From assembly GCA_028534125.1 (NCBI GenBank), contig CM052816.1:65660001-65724000 (forward strand): DNA of 64,000 nucleotides, given 5' to 3'. Numbering within the stretch: position 1 is the first letter of the stretch; every line of letters begins with the position of its first letter. The translations under genes and the position numbers were made by a program. Below the pieces are notes generated by a model. That model worked only from the letters and a program-made list of their open reading frames with translations. It was not told the origin of the DNA and ran no database searches. The stretch comes from Lama glama (taxonomy: Eukaryota). Positions 1 to 14,051 of the stretch are shown piece by piece.

Positions 1-1497
1 TTTGGCTGTGATACAGAGAAGGCTAGAAAATGAAGTGCTTCATGTGAGAAGGGGCAGTTTGTTGAAAAAAATAAACTAATACTTGGGAGACGCTGTCATG
101 CAGCACTTGTCCCTAGAAATAGTGCCTCTGTTCTGTCTGTAGATGTCTGACTTGAAAGGGAGTTATACTAAGGATGTCCAGTGACACTACTGATTACATT
201 TGAAAAAGCACATGTTAATCCAGCTTCCTAACAGATCACCTCCCCAAGCATTCACTGTGGGGATAGCGTTCAGTTCACAGCTTGGGATCTCCCAGGCTAA
301 CCAATCACTGCCATTACAGGGTGCCATGTGATGGTAGGAATCTCTGCTCCAAATATAACAGTGATGGGTTTCTTGGTTTGCCCTTTCCTTCTGTGTGGCC
401 AGCAGCAGACTGTTTCTCATCAGTCTCATGTGGCCAAATTAGGTTTCTCTCCCATGCTGATGGATTTAAAGAGTCAAATCCTAGGATCATTGTCCCCAGT
501 GTCCTTTTCTACAATCCAAGTCAGAGTAGGGGCGCTCATGACCGGGGATGGTGACGATCCCCTTCTCCAGCCCTTGTGCATGGAAGCCTCCTCTCTGTCC
601 ACACTAGAGGCCAGAAAGTCCTGCCTCCACCCGGAGCAGCCGTGGCCTTTGGCAGTCTTGTAGCTTTTGCCCTCTGGCACGGGGAGGACGAGCGTCACCT
701 GGGTAATTCCACCCTTGTCATCCTTCTTCTGTGAATGAGAGAATCTGAGAACCAGTTGCCAATGGCCTCTTCCTCGTGCCCAGTTTCCTCTGATGTGATG
801 CGAGGCGCTGATGGTGACCATCCGTTTCCACCCCACCCCTCCTGCCCTGACAGGATTTATGGTCTGCATGCCCCAGTTGTGAAGCTGGCCTGTGGTATTT
901 GCTGCCGCAAGCTTGTGAATGTTTAGAGTTGTGTGTTTATATTTCCAGGGCTACAGTTTGGAAGTCCAGGGAGCAAACAGATAGCAGAGAACTTACGGGT
1001 CAAGCTGCTGCTCCTTTCTCTTTGGAAGGCTTGCTCCCTGTCTGTGTAGTCCATACCTAGATTCCCACGGAGCCTCCATTTTTCTGACTCATTTCTTTGG
1101 TTTGATACTTTCAAGTGGGTTTTTTTGTAAGAAATCCCTGTAGGAGAGGTGTTTACATGATATGATGGGGAAGTGAGGTCTGCCTGACACATAGAACCTC
1201 GGAAACTTTCTCTTAATGAAAAGGTCTGGCTTGTGGGTGGGCGCCCTTCCATCCAGACAGACGGGAATGTGGCTGGGCAGCCAGGAGACACATGGACTTG
1301 TGACCACCGGGGCAGGCACCTCTCTAGAAAAATCCTAGCAGCTGGACCTATTCGTCTCTTCCAAAAGTACTTGCAGGCGTTTGACCTCTTTAAATCTATC
1401 AGGATTCTTTTTATGTCATTACAGTCATTATTTTCCCCCTCAAGAATTCCCTTTATGTAGATGCCCTTAATAAAACCCTTTCAGCCTGCTCCCCCCC

Positions 1498-1696
1498 TTG
1501 ACCTTGTGACTTGAATATGAATGTGAATTTCACTAATTGGTAAAAGAAATCAACATGACCTTGATGAGGCCATTTCTACCCTGTTTGGTTCCTTCTTTGA
1601 CCTTGTGACTTGAATATGGATGTGAATGTCACTAACCAGCGATATAAATCAACATGACCTTGACGCCATTTCTACCCTATTTTGTTCTTCCCTTCT
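1498..1696. repeat. Tandem duplication, 2 x ~99 bp
   Basis: Units start TTGACCTTGTGACTTGAATATG at 1498 and 1597. Both contain AAATCAACATGACCTTGA and CCATTTCTACCCT. Confidence 0.95.
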
Positions 1697-4600
1697 AAGA
1701 ATTTTTTCACTCAAACAAGCCTTTGAGCCTATTTGGACCCACTAGGACACTGAACAATTAAAATGAACTCAATATTCTTAGTGTAGTTGCCGCAATTTTC
1801 TCCTAGAACCCAGGTAGTGTAATCTCTTGCCCCTCCCCCCTGCTCCAGCCTTGAGTGGATTAATTCACTGCATCACAGCCAGCACCTGAGTGCAGAATAA
1901 TTTATTTTTGTGTCACTTCATGACGAAAGCCTAGCTGGCATTAGCTCAAGCTGTGCAGCTGGCTATTAATTGAAGAAAACGTCTCTGTCACTCCTTAGTT
2001 GAACACAGTCTGATTCAGCAGATCCTTTTCACTCTCCTCCCCCCTATTATACCAGAAGAACAAACGTAGATGGCTCCCACTTGGCTGAGCTTGCCGTGGA
2101 TTGTAAATTAGCTGGCGGCATGCAGACTGATTGCATTAATGCTTTCTGGGCTGAGCTTCTCAATTGATCTTTATTTCTAGAAGAGGTTTGGACATTTCAT
2201 TTCTGAGGCTTTCATGTTGTCCAGTGGAAGGAAAAATTGGAGGCTGCCTTTGTTCTTATGTCCTGCATAATTAATTTTCAAAGTAATTTCAAATCACAGC
2301 ACCTGTCAGGCAGGTGCTGGGCTTCTGTGAGTTGATGTTCTGTTTTTCTATCATACTAGACTGTGCTTGTGGTTGTATTTTAAACAGAACCTCAAGAGAG
2401 ATTTGTTTAGGATTTTAGAAATACATAAACATGCAATACATAGCACATGTGTGCCAAACGTTTTTGATGAGTGCATTTTATAACTCTTAGAGTATGAAAC
2501 TACTTGGTGCAAGGAGATGATATAGTATGTGTAAAATCATGGAACTTTTCCATAAAAATAAAACTGTGCAGAAATGACATAGGAGAATTCTTGCAGGAGT
2601 GCTAAAATAGTACATCAATTTGATCATCGCTGGATATGAGAATTCACCAATTATTATTCTGTAGAAATATGTTTCAGCACCAAGAACCTTTTTGGTGCCC
2701 TCTTTCCACCCCAGTTTCTATGCTCTCTACAATGTGCTTGTTGGGTACCAAGTGACTGACTAGTCATTATTATATCTCGATCCCTGAAAATGAAGTTAGG
2801 ACAGCAAAATTGTACTTTGTTAGGACTTAGGGTGTCAAGAGGGGCTCAGTGGAATTTCAGCAACAGGGACTGGGAAAGAAATCAGAACTTGGCAGAAAAA
2901 AAAAAAAACAGGGCTCTGATGCTAGAAGAGATCTGGGAGAACTGCCTTGTCCCTAGAGGTTGGTCTTGTGACTCATTAAAGAAACAGTATCCAAAGGGCA
3001 TCAGAGAACCTGGCTTGGATTAGGCTGTCTTGGGTTACAGGAAGGGCATCCAAAGCTAGAATTGGTAATAAAGCATCATGATGTGAAGCTCTCCTAATCT
3101 GAATGTGTGATGGAGTGTCTAGTGTGTTCATGAAGCAGACCTTAGGGGTTTGGGTAATCTGGGAAGTAGAATAGCCTAGGCAGGCACAGAGGTCACAGCT
3201 GACCTCTAGATCCAGATCTGAGTGTCATGACCTAATTGCAGCTGAAGTTTTTACAATGGCTCCCTCCCTGGAAGGATTCTTCCATGCACTCAGATGGGGT
3301 GAGGCTGTAGTGTGCAGATTCAGCTGAAGGGGCTGTAAAGCTCTAGAAGCTGATGTAACTGCAAAAGGGAGAAGACGCTTTGAGGAAACCATTGGTGTTG
3401 AAAAGAAAGGCAGTCTTATTTATTTATGTAATAGTTATATGCCCTTCCTGAACAAGTCTATGTTCCCTCTGTGAATGGGGGTTTCTCATGGGGAATTCCT
3501 TTCCATGTATAAACTGGTAAATGATTTAAATGAAAAATGTTTGACTAGTTTGGGCATTTTCTGAGTATAAAACTGGGGGTTTAAGTCCAGAAATGTAAAT
3601 GTATACTTATGTTGCTGCCAGAAGTCTGGTGATGGATATATTTGTAGATTGGGGGTTAGAGGAGGTTATAGTCAGTAAGACATCTTCTGATTCATTTCCT
3701 TCATTTGTACAAGCCATCTCTTTAGGTAATGTTTAATTTATGAACTTTGGTATCACATTATACTTATTTAATTTTTATTGTGCATCACCTTTAATGCTTA
3801 TAGTAAAAGCCAGTCAGGCAACAAATGTAACATATTGTGTGCCTTCTATTTGGGGGGCACGATTTTAAATTCCAGGGACAAAGCTATCAATAAGACAGAG
3901 TCCCCACTCTAAAAGAATCTTCAGAGAGTGAGAACTTACAGAGTTCCTTGTAAGGGTCACAGTAGGGTGTGGCTGATTTCTTCAGAAGCCATTAGGAAGG
4001 GCATCACTTTCTTTAAATTCTGGGACCCTTTAACGTGACTCTGCTTATGCCAGAACACATGAGAACTCAAACTGTCTCAGACATTCCTTCTTTCTAAGAC
4101 AAAAACTGAAGTAACAAGTCTACAAAAGTAACTGTCCTGCCAAGCCTGACTCAAGCCAAGGTTTTCAACTGGCTCTTCGGAGCACAGTGATACAACAAAG
4201 GACCCAGAGAGAATGGAAGTCTTTAGAGCAAAGTGTTTAAAGAAGATGGCTTCCAATTGCTCCATATACATAGTTTAAATGGGGCAGGATGTGACAGGAT
4301 CGGAAATCTAGCCCCTTCCTTTGTGGCTCTGAGAATTCACAATGAGCAGCCACTATTTAGGTTGCAAGAGGAGAGAAGGAACTAGAACTTGGAATGAGCT
4401 TGTGTGGGCCCTCATTGTTCCAGGGTTCACAGAGGGCTCCGCTATCATCACAGTAAACAAATGGCTTCTTCTCCTTGTGCCAGCTTAATTGCCACCTTGG
4501 CTCCTGAACAAAGAAATCACGACTGAGGCAAAACATGTTTTCTGTTGAAGGTGACAATCTTAGAGCAAGCTTTGGGTTATTTTTCCATCTGATTTTTTAA

Positions 4601-5489
4601 TCTTGCAGAAAGAGACCTCTTCTTTTTAAGAAAATGATGTACTCTTGTGCTTTTAAGTTTCAGCATTGAGTGCGTGCTTCACATATTCGGTGGTAAAACT
4701 AAGTTAAATACCGATGACCAAAAATAAAAAGGGAGAGTGGGGGAGGGCATGCCTTTCAGGAGCTTCCAATGTGCGCTAATGTTTGAGAATCACGACTGCA
4801 AAAAAAAAAAAAAATACCACAAGGCAAATGTGGAACTAAACTGGTTCAGCATCTTTGAAAATGAATTATGATGATATTTAGAACTTTGAGGAAAGTTATG
4901 TGAATCCATAGTGTTACTTTTTCTTTTAATCAGAATTCTATGTTTGGAAATATGGGTTAGAATTTCTTTTACTTTTTTTTTCATTTTTAAAATTAAGGAG
5001 TAAACAGAGAAGTACAATGAGCTATTTATGTCATTATGTAGGAATAATGGAGTTTGTTCTAGTGGAAAAGGGTATCTCCTAGAAGAACTTCACTAATATT
5101 CTGTCTAGACACATACTCCTTTTTTGAGGTAGGAAACACAAAAGAAAATTGGCTTCTTCATCTAGTTCAAGGAAATGGTATTTTAATTCTGTAGAGAAGT
5201 AATTTCATTTTCTTGGAGAAATGGGTAGACCCATGTTAGTAATTTAATTTTCTGAAGTATAATGATGGTTGCTACAGTTCTTACCAAAGCTGAAAGAAGC
5301 AGAGTCAAATAGATTGAAATCTAGCAAGTGATTGAATTTTGGGGGTGGGATCGTGAAACTGTATAGGAGAGAGGTAACTTTATAATAGCTTATGGCTGAT
5401 TATCATGTGCTATTTCCTGTAGTACTCTGACCAGACAGCTACAGGCATAAACAGAAATCTGAACTCTGGTCTTTGTGCATAACTCCATC

Positions 5490-6400
5490 CAGATCCATTC
5501 ACTTAACAAATACTTGTGGAATACCTACCATGGTAATGCACCAGCTTTGGACAAATGAGCAAGACAGTCATAGCCATGGTTCTTGTGAAGCCGGAGGTTC
5601 AGTGGTAAAGCTAGATGATCAAACAAGCAATTACAAATGAAGTGTGCTAACTTTCAGGATGCGGCAGAATATAGGATGCTCTCTGTGGGAACAACTCTCC
5701 TGGACTTGAGGGCATGGATGTGGGTGGTCAGGAATGGTTCATGGAAAAGGCACTAGAACTCACTTGGCTGAGTAGAAATTAGATGAAGCAAGGGCAGACT
5801 GAGAGAAAAGCAGATGCAAAATCCAAAGGCAGTGAGTTTTTGGTGTCATCACGTGATTGATCGTGGCTCCATCTGGTAGCTCTTGGAGGGCAGGTGGTGG
5901 CTGTGCAGGTTCTGGAGAGAGAGAGGAGATGAAACTCAAGACAGATTTTTTTTTTGTTTTAAAGTCTTGCCAGCCATGCTAAGGATTCTGGAGTTTATCC
6001 CAACTAAATGGAAAGCCTTTGAGGTTGTGGGATTTGGCCGAATTCTAGAGACTGGATTGGGGAACCACAGTGCTGGAGGGAGGGAGACCAGAGGAGACAC
6101 TGCTGTGATATTTCAGACAAGTGTTCATAGCTTGGACCAGCAGCAAGGTGGAGATGGAGAGAGGTGAAAAGGTTTAGAAAGCAGCTATTTAGGAAGTAGG
6201 TTCAATGGGACCTGTGATTCATCAGGTGTGGGAGCAACGAGAGTCATTCACTGAGCTAGTGCCACAGGAGCGGTAGCAGGTTTTAGGGTGAAATGATATG
6301 TTCCATTTGGACATGCTGAGTCTGAGAATTTCTTGGTTGTCCAAACAGAGATGATAAACAAACTGTTGGAGATACAGCATTGGCCCAGAACACAAGTGAT
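5490..6400 (-). mobile_element. Degraded L2 LINE fragments
   Basis: CATTCACTTAACAAATACTTGTGGAATACCTACCA resembles the antisense L2 3' end, followed by purine-rich L2-like body. Boundaries approximate. Confidence 0.6.
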
Positions 6401-7259
6401 CTGGGCTCTTAAGCCGCTCTGTCCTCATAAACGTTTTCCATGCTTTATCATGCAGAAACTACCGCCAAAGAACTTTCCTTATGGTCTTTGGTTACTCCCA
6501 TACCTAGTGGGCACTACTCTTGATGCCAGTTTTATTTAAATTCTAAGTGAAATTAAGAGCCGTAGAATTTTTCTGCAAGAAATCCTAGAAAGCAATTTGG
6601 TTTACTCAGTGAAACATACCTACCGACTAAGCACACATATTACCTTTCAGTTGGTGTTTTATTTCAACAATGAAAAATATGAGAGAATTAGAATGATCTA
6701 AGCCCAATTTAAATACTCTTATCTTTATTTACATTAGGGATCATTTCCCTGTAACAGCAAAATATAAATATATTTACTATAGATTTGTTGTTTGGTGAGA
6801 GCAACGCTAAAATGTAATACCTAAAATGTAAAAATAAGTATTCACATTTTGAGAAAGAATTGTTTATCATACAACTCTCCTTAATTTTACAGTGTTGTAG
6901 CGGTACATTTTCAAATAAAGTATTTAAATTAGAACTCTAGAAGTGTCTTTTGCCGTATCTTAAGAGATTGAAGCCATCCTATTTACTGAATAATGACATA
7001 TTCAAGGGATGGTTGTCAAAAGCTAAGGAAGAATCTCATATAAATTTTGAACTACTCTGTACATTTTTACCCAACAGTCTCTATAAAAATGGAACTTTGG
7101 AAGTAATTTTATTTCTAAGAAACCACAAGTTGTATGTATATTTATGATGATGCATTCTTTTTAACATCTGCATTACTTTGGTCTATTAAGTGGACAACTA
7201 AGCCTACTCTGTGATATACTAGATGTCAGCTTTTTCTCATTAATAATTTGGAGGCTTCT

Positions 7260-7588
7260 TGATATCACTTATATGTGGAATTTGAAAAAAAATGGCACAA
7301 ATGAACTTATTTACAGAATAGAAACAGTCTCACAAACAGAGAACAAACTCATGATTACTAAAGGGTGGGGAGAGGGATAAATTAGGAGTTTGGGATTAAC
7401 AGATATAATTACTATATGCAAAATAGATAAACAACAAGGTCCTACTGGATAGCACAGGGAACTATATTCAATAGTTTGTAATAACCTATAATGAAAAAGA
7501 ATATATCTATGTATAATTGAATCACAATGCTGTATACCAGAAACTAACACAACGTTGTACATCAACCATATTTCAGTTTTTAAATTAG
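7260..7588 (+). mobile_element. 5'-truncated L1 3' end (cetartiodactyl type)
   Basis: ATATCACTTATATGTGGAAT...AAACAACAAGGTCCTACTGGATAGCACAGGGAACTATATTC. Degenerate TSD at 7242-7259 and 7589-7606 (14/18 match). Confidence 0.9.
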
Positions 7589-9378
7589 AAAAATTGAGAA
7601 GCTTCTGTTTAAAATTCAAAATTCTTGCTCATACAAAATGTAGATTAAAGCTGGACAGGTTAGGGGCTGATCAGAATTGTTAAAGTTTGTATTCTGGAGT
7701 CTCATTTTCTTTTCCTGAGCTCTTTGTCCTAATTCAGATCATCAGAACCCTTCTTCTCTCTAATAAATGTTTTATTCCAGCTGGAACAGTGCATATCCTC
7801 ATATCCCATATGACTGTCAGAACCATTCAGCAAAATGTATATGTGTGTGTGTACATTCTTCATATCCACATACAGATTTAACTATTCAGTAAACTCTGTT
7901 AAATCTTCTATAAATTTAAGATAAGCCTGTTTAAATTTGGGGTGGATCTTTATTGCAGCTTACCAAATGGTCCATATACTATTTATTGGACATGATATAT
8001 GGAACAGTATTTAGAACTGAGGTCCTACTTCATGTAGGATGTTCCAAATTTATGGCAGCAAACAGGTTAGGTTAGCTCATTCACAAAGAATACAGAAAAG
8101 CACAATTATCTATTTTCCCATAATGTCATTCACTTCAATTGGTAGATAGTAAACCTCATCTTAAAGAGAAAAGAAAATTCATTTTAAAAAGCTTGCAAGG
8201 ATAAGTTGAATAAAGGCCTTAGAAATGTGCCATATAAGTTGAAATCCAAGAAAATGGAAAAAGTGGGAGGAGTTAAATATTATACGCACACAGAGCCTAG
8301 AAATCTTAATTGGACCGTGACCTGGGTACTGCCAATATTTGTGTTGAAAACTTAAAAGAGTAGGTAAGAAGCTACCCTTTCTAATCACATCCTGCAGATG
8401 GAATTTTGTCTGGATTGATACACTCCGCATTTGTGTATCCCAAATTCCCATGATCTGTGGTTTTGTTTTGTATCTTTATTATTTCCAAATATAATCTGCT
8501 GAGCCCTTTGGCTTGATATTTTCTCTTTTTTATATTTCTTATTTTTGACTGCCACCATTTTTTTCTTCTTTTTCTCTAATCATTAAAAAATTACATTTAT
8601 GTCAGTACCCTAAAGAAAGAAATTCATTCTTTGTTTAGGCATTTTAATTATTTAATAGTGTGGTGGTTACATCTCTGCCCAGATTTCCCTGCTTCTGGGT
8701 TTCAGTCACTGTCCTTTAAGGCTTGGAAGGGGTCAATTTCTTCGGCAGGACCCAGCCCCAAACAGTGTAACATTAGTGTAATATATTAACACCAAGCATG
8801 TGCAGATGTTGCTCCGGTACTTACAGAATCTTTATGGAGCATCCAATATGTGCAAGGCAAAGTCAACTTAGGAATTTTTGAATTTACAGGATCTGTCATT
8901 TATAAGACAATTTTATGAAAAGTCAACTCCCCTCCCCCAAAATGAGTGCTGACATCAGTTTGCATTTACAGCTCCTCTGATGCCTTTTAAAAAATATATC
9001 CACTCATCATATGTCAGCAAAAAAGATATATTTATTAAAAATTGTGATAGTGTTTATGAAAAATTTATACCCTCCATGCTAAAGATAAAAGTGAAGAAAC
9101 TATGCCACCTTGGTGTATCTTGCCAGTGATTTATGTAAGATTTATTTACCCCCTATAGGAAATGTTTAAAACACTGGTGCTGATAGTAGGGCTCAAATAA
9201 ATACCAGCTCAGTGTATTTTCACACATATTATCTTATTTGTTTTCGCATCATCCCTAGGGGGCAAATATATAACACTTTGGTTTCATTAGCATTGCAACA
9301 GATCGTTAGGCAAATCAACAGAATGAAAATTGAAAGCTACACTATCAGATTGAAAAAGCCTTCCCTTATATTTTCAAG

Positions 9379-9500
9379 CAGTAGTTTTCACCCACCTTAA
9401 ATCACTTAGGGAACTTTAATGAAAATCTCGTGCCCAGGCCAGATACCGGACCGATGAGCCTGGAGTTTCTGGGGACAAAATCCAGGATACAGTGTGTGTA
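9379..9500. mobile_element. hAT-Charlie MITE fragment (MER5-like)
   Basis: CAGTAGTTTTCA terminus and AATCACTTAGGGAACTTT...TGCCCAGGCC interior. Confidence 0.5.
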
Positions 9501-9719
9501 ACCATCCTCAATAGCCCTTCTACATAAAAGGTTCACAGACCTTAACTCCGAACTGCTGGTTAAGAAGCGCATGCACCACACCTGCTCTGACTTGCAGTGA
9601 TGCTACTTTCCACCTGTTCCTGTCATTTTGAAAAGTGATCATTTGAACCAGCTAGATCCGTGAGAGGGGCCACCCCCCGCCACTTCCTATCTAAGCCTAA
9701 AAGCCTTATTTAGCCTTAA

Positions 9720-10330
9720 CAGTGTGTGTGGATAACTAATGTCAATATGCACCACACCCAATATTAAGAAATACTTAATAAGAGGTTCAAGGTTCTGCCT
9801 TGTTTCTTATTTTTTCCCTTCAGTCATCACATTCAAACCCACCTCACAGGATCTCTCAAGTTCTTGCCTCATCTCTGCCATCTCTGATTTTGCATTGTAT
9901 CAAGTTAAAAATTGCCAGTATTCTCTGACATCCTTCTCGGTGAGATTCAGTTCAGAGCTCAGGCTTTTGCCGGAGCCCATCTTGCTAACAAGAGAATGCG
10001 TCTGTAAATCCACAGCCTAGAAACTCTCATTGGCCCTCCACTGCCTACAAAGAAACACTAACCCCTGAGCTCAGGAAGTCCTCTGTGAGCAGCTTCATGG
10101 CTTTCGGGTTCACCCCACTTGGCCCCTCTGTGATGGGGTGCTCTGTGTGCACTGCTTCTCTTATGGGAAAAATCTTTACTCACGTTCTGTAGCCTGGAAA
10201 CTCACATCCAAGACTTAGCTCAACAGTCCTTCTGGGACACTGGTTCTCCAGGAAGAATTAGCTGCCACACCCTCTGGGTTCTCCCAGCCTTCTGGCATGA
10301 CCTTTATTACAGCAGTTATTATGCAGGTAA
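9720..10330 (+). mobile_element. Degraded L2 fragments
   Basis: Pyrimidine-rich L2-like segments such as AAACTCTCATTGGCCCTCCACTGCCTACA and TCCAAGACTTAGCTCAA. Confidence 0.45.
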
Positions 10331-10386
10331 AATAGTATTTTCAGTTATTAGAACTGTAGACAATAAATAGATGTGTTTTGTGCTTA

Positions 10387-10544
10387 TTATTTTTTTAGTG
10401 AAGTATAGTCGGTTTACAATGTTGTGTTGATTTCTGGTATACAGCATAGTGATTCAGTTTTTCATTATTGGCAATTACAAGATACTGAATATAGTTCCCT
10501 GTGCTATACAGTAGGACCTTGCTGTTTATCTATTTTATATATAG
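10387..10544 (-). mobile_element. Short L1 3'-end fragment
   Basis: GAAGTATAGTCGGTTTACAATGTTGTG...GAATATAGTTCCCTGTGCTATACAGTAGGACCTTG, with T-rich tail on the left. Confidence 0.9.
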
Positions 10545-11086
10545 TGTGCTTTTTTAACTCACAGAGGAAAATACCCTTTTTTTTTGACTCTGAAAGTTTT
10601 AAAATCTAGTTGCATAGAATATGATTTTGTTTCTTTATTTGGCTTTGCTTTTACATGTTTCTACCCCAAGGTTCTTTAATTTTGATTGAGAGAGGAAGTC
10701 AGTCTCCAGAAAATACATGTAAAGTATAAGAGAAGAATTCTGATAGAATATGCCCGATTCCTGTTAATATCAGAAAAGCATTTCTTAATATAACCTAGAA
10801 TGCTTATTTTGCATGAGTGATTTATGTCAACTGTGGAAGAATAAATGAGACTTTGAGACTGGGTTGCGGGGGAGGCTCTAGGCTGTTTTTGGCTGATTCA
10901 AACAGCCAGTTTTCAAAATAATCTGCCCACGTAAGTTTTAGATATCACTTAGTCCAAACAGCTAGTTGTTGATGCCAGTTTTCACCTTTTAACAAGCAGT
11001 TGTGCTTTTCCATACACACCATCAAAAAAGGAGTAGGGCATTACATTTTAGAGTAAGAAAATAAAAGTGTATTTGCTGTTACTTCA

Positions 11087-11275
11087 GCCAAGGAGTTCTC
11101 AGAACTTGGCGTCAGAACCACCTGGAGGGGCTGGTCAGACGTACTACTTGGGTTTCTCCCCAAAGTCTCTGATCCTGCAGGTCTGTGGTGGCCCCTGCCC
11201 TCATGGTGCTCTTCTAACAAGTCCCCAGGTGACGCTGATGCTGCTGGTTTGGACAGCACACTTTGAGAATCACTG
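11087..11275. mobile_element. MER5A-like hAT-Charlie MITE
   Basis: Ends TTCTAACAAGTCCCCAGGTGACGCTGATGCTGCTGGT...CACACTTTGAGAATCACTG. Confidence 0.8.
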
Positions 11276-12652
11276 CTTTATCTGAAACACTTATCAGTTG
11301 GGCTTTTACTACTATGCATACTACTATACTACTCTTGACTAACAGTGAAGAGTCTGTCACCAAGCATCCTAATGTTTCCAAATAGCCATATGTTGCCAGA
11401 GACCCTAGAAGCAAACCAGAACTATATTAAGACCATTCTGTTGTTGTTGCTGTTTTGGCCTACTTTCATAAGTTTAATGAAATCAATCCGAGAGAAAAAT
11501 AAATGTTTTCTAACTTTAGCATCACAGGTTTTAAAAAATAAATAAATAAAAGATTCTATTTTACACATTTTGATTTTCTTTCTTCTAATTAATATAAGCA
11601 TATGCATTCCAGGCAATCTCTACCTTTTTTAAAGGTAGATTGGATTTTTTTTAAAAAAAAGGATGAACAAAATTGGCAGATTTTGTCATTAAAGCTGAAC
11701 AGACTCATTTCCTTGCACAGATATTCTCCAAGTAAATAATGATGAAAGTTCTAAATCACTATTTTTTGAAAAATCAGCAAAAAATCTTTACTATAATATT
11801 GGTTGTAAACTTGTGTTATATGAAGACAGTGTGTTAGGTAAATTATGTTCTGTTTTTATTGTAAGGAAATAATAAGAATGGTAGTGTCTTCTTTGGCTCC
11901 ATTGTGCTGTTTACCAACATCTTCTAGTAACATGTGACTGAGAACGATAGTCTGTAGGCAGAAGGGAGGCTTGGAGAAATTCAGTGAAATATCCTATGTG
12001 GTCAAAAGCCTAGACTAAAGTCTGGAGACTCCCCGTGTCCTCCAGCCATCTCATCACCTTCTAAGATGGTCCAGCACACTGCCCCTAGTCGGGGGCCATG
12101 GCCCAAAGGATGGCATGTCTGGCAGGAAGAGAAACCAAAGAAGAATACAGCCTCACTGTTGGATCTTCTCATTTATCTCTTTTAGCATCTTGGATAGGCT
12201 TTCTGACTGTCTGAAGAGTGACCTTCTGACCAGAATTGCTGATATCTTGAGTTTGAAAAAATGTATGTTTTTTAGATGAGGATGCTAAGAACAACTTAAA
12301 AAGAACAGTGGTAATACTTTACATTTCTCTAAGGATTTTAAACCATTTCAATGTAAACCATATTCACCCCCAAACACTCTTATGAAATGGACCGAGCAAT
12401 CACTTCATTTTTCAAAAGAGGACTGAAGTTTATTTAATTCTAGTGATGCACTCTTCGAACACAGCTGGGAGAGGCCTGTGTCCTAGTCCCTGCACTTCAA
12501 ATACGGCTCGTCATCAGCCAAATCTGGTTTTCATTCATTTGTCAAGTGTTTATTGAGGACATACTGTGTGCCAGATGCTGCTGTAAGTGCCTGAAATACA
12601 ACAAAGCAAATGAAATTCCATGGCCTCACAGAATTGACATTTCAGCAAAGAG

Positions 12653-13139
12653 TATGGTAGGTGGAATAAGGGGCCCCGCAAAGATTTCACTGCCTAATCC
12701 ACAAATCTTTAAATATGCTATCTTAAAGGAAAAGGGGATTTTGCAGATATGACTGAGACCTTGAAATTGTCCTAGATATCCAGGTGGGCCCTCTCTAGTC
12801 ATGGGACTCCTTAAAAGCAGGGACTCTTCCCTGACTGTGTTAGAGGGAGAGGTGATGACAAAAGAATGGTCAGAATGATACGACTTTGCTAGCTTTCAGG
12901 ATGGAGGAAGGGGCCACGAGCCAAGGAATGGGCGTGACATCTAGAAGCTGGCAAAAGAATGGAAGCAGATTCTCCCTTAGAGCCTCCAGAAGGGAGTGCA
13001 GCCCTGCTGTTACCTGGATTTTAGGCCTGTGAGATCTGTGTTAGATTTCCAACATACAGAAATATAAAATAATGAATTTTCATTGTTACATCACTGTGTT
13101 TGTGGTGATTTGTCACACCAGCAATAGATAACTAATGCA
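12653..13139 (+). mobile_element. MaLR solo LTR (MLT1-type)
   Basis: Starts TATGGTAGGTGGAATAAGGGGCCCC, interior GATTCTCCCTTAGAGCCTCCAGAAGG, ends GCAATAGATAACTAATGCA. Lies within or next to an L2 fragment starting at ~12530. Confidence 0.85.
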
Positions 13140-14051
13140 GGGGAAGGTAGGTAATAGTCAAAAAAAAAACAAGTAAAATACAGGAGGTGAGAGGAAAAAC
13201 ATTTTAGAGAACAGGAGGCCACAGTTTCTCAGTCTAGGACAATGACCAGCATGTCTAGATCCTGAGTATGGACATCAAAAGAGCACTGACCATTCCAGAC
13301 TGTCCATGCTTCCCCTAATAACCATGTTTGGTGATTAAGATAAAGGCTCAAAACTCAAAATATAAAAAAGAATAAAAAATAACCTCAAAGAATGACACTG
13401 ATTTTTCTATAAGGAAGTAAACCTCCAGGTCTAAATAACATCATTTGCTCTTTCATATTCTCTGGAGAATACATAAAAAATGCAGTAGTATTTATTTCAG
13501 TTTTTTTTAAAATACCTTAAAATTTAGTCTAAAGCAAACAACCTAGGGACATTCAGATTTGAGTCTTTTTACAGCATCTACTCAACATCATTATCAACCA
13601 ACAACTTTCAGCATTGCAAAGGGATCTCAGACTATATCTGATCCTGGATTGTTGCTATAATACATTGAGGTACAGGGAAGAAAAGCTATTATTGTATTAT
13701 AAGAGACTTTCACATCCTGTGAATAAAAGTAAAATTAGACTGCTAATTTAGTGCACCACTGACCGTTAATCTTAATGGACTTGTCCACTGGTGCTTTCAA
13801 ATTACCTGATTAATCTGATCATGGAGGCCAAGTCAGTGATTTTGTATATTCTCTTAAGTACCTGGTGTGTTGGGGGGGAACCTTGCTGTCTGATTTATAT
13901 TATGTTTTATTATAGTGTATACTTTAATTTCCAAAGAAAGAAGAATAGGAACTATGATCTGTGTCAGTAAAAATGTTAATATATAAGGCAAAGAAATAAT
14001 TAGTGTACTAATATACATTCTGCAAATATGTTTCATGGGGAATATGCCTTA

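Noticed and set aside
187..1460. Cluster of overlapping ORFs of 63-131 aa in a GC-richer stretch
   Set aside because: They overlap on both strands with no recognisable domain or exon structure, as expected from lower stop-codon density at higher GC.
1498..1696. CRISPR-like repeat-spacer array
   Set aside because: Eukaryotic context, only two long units and no unique spacers.
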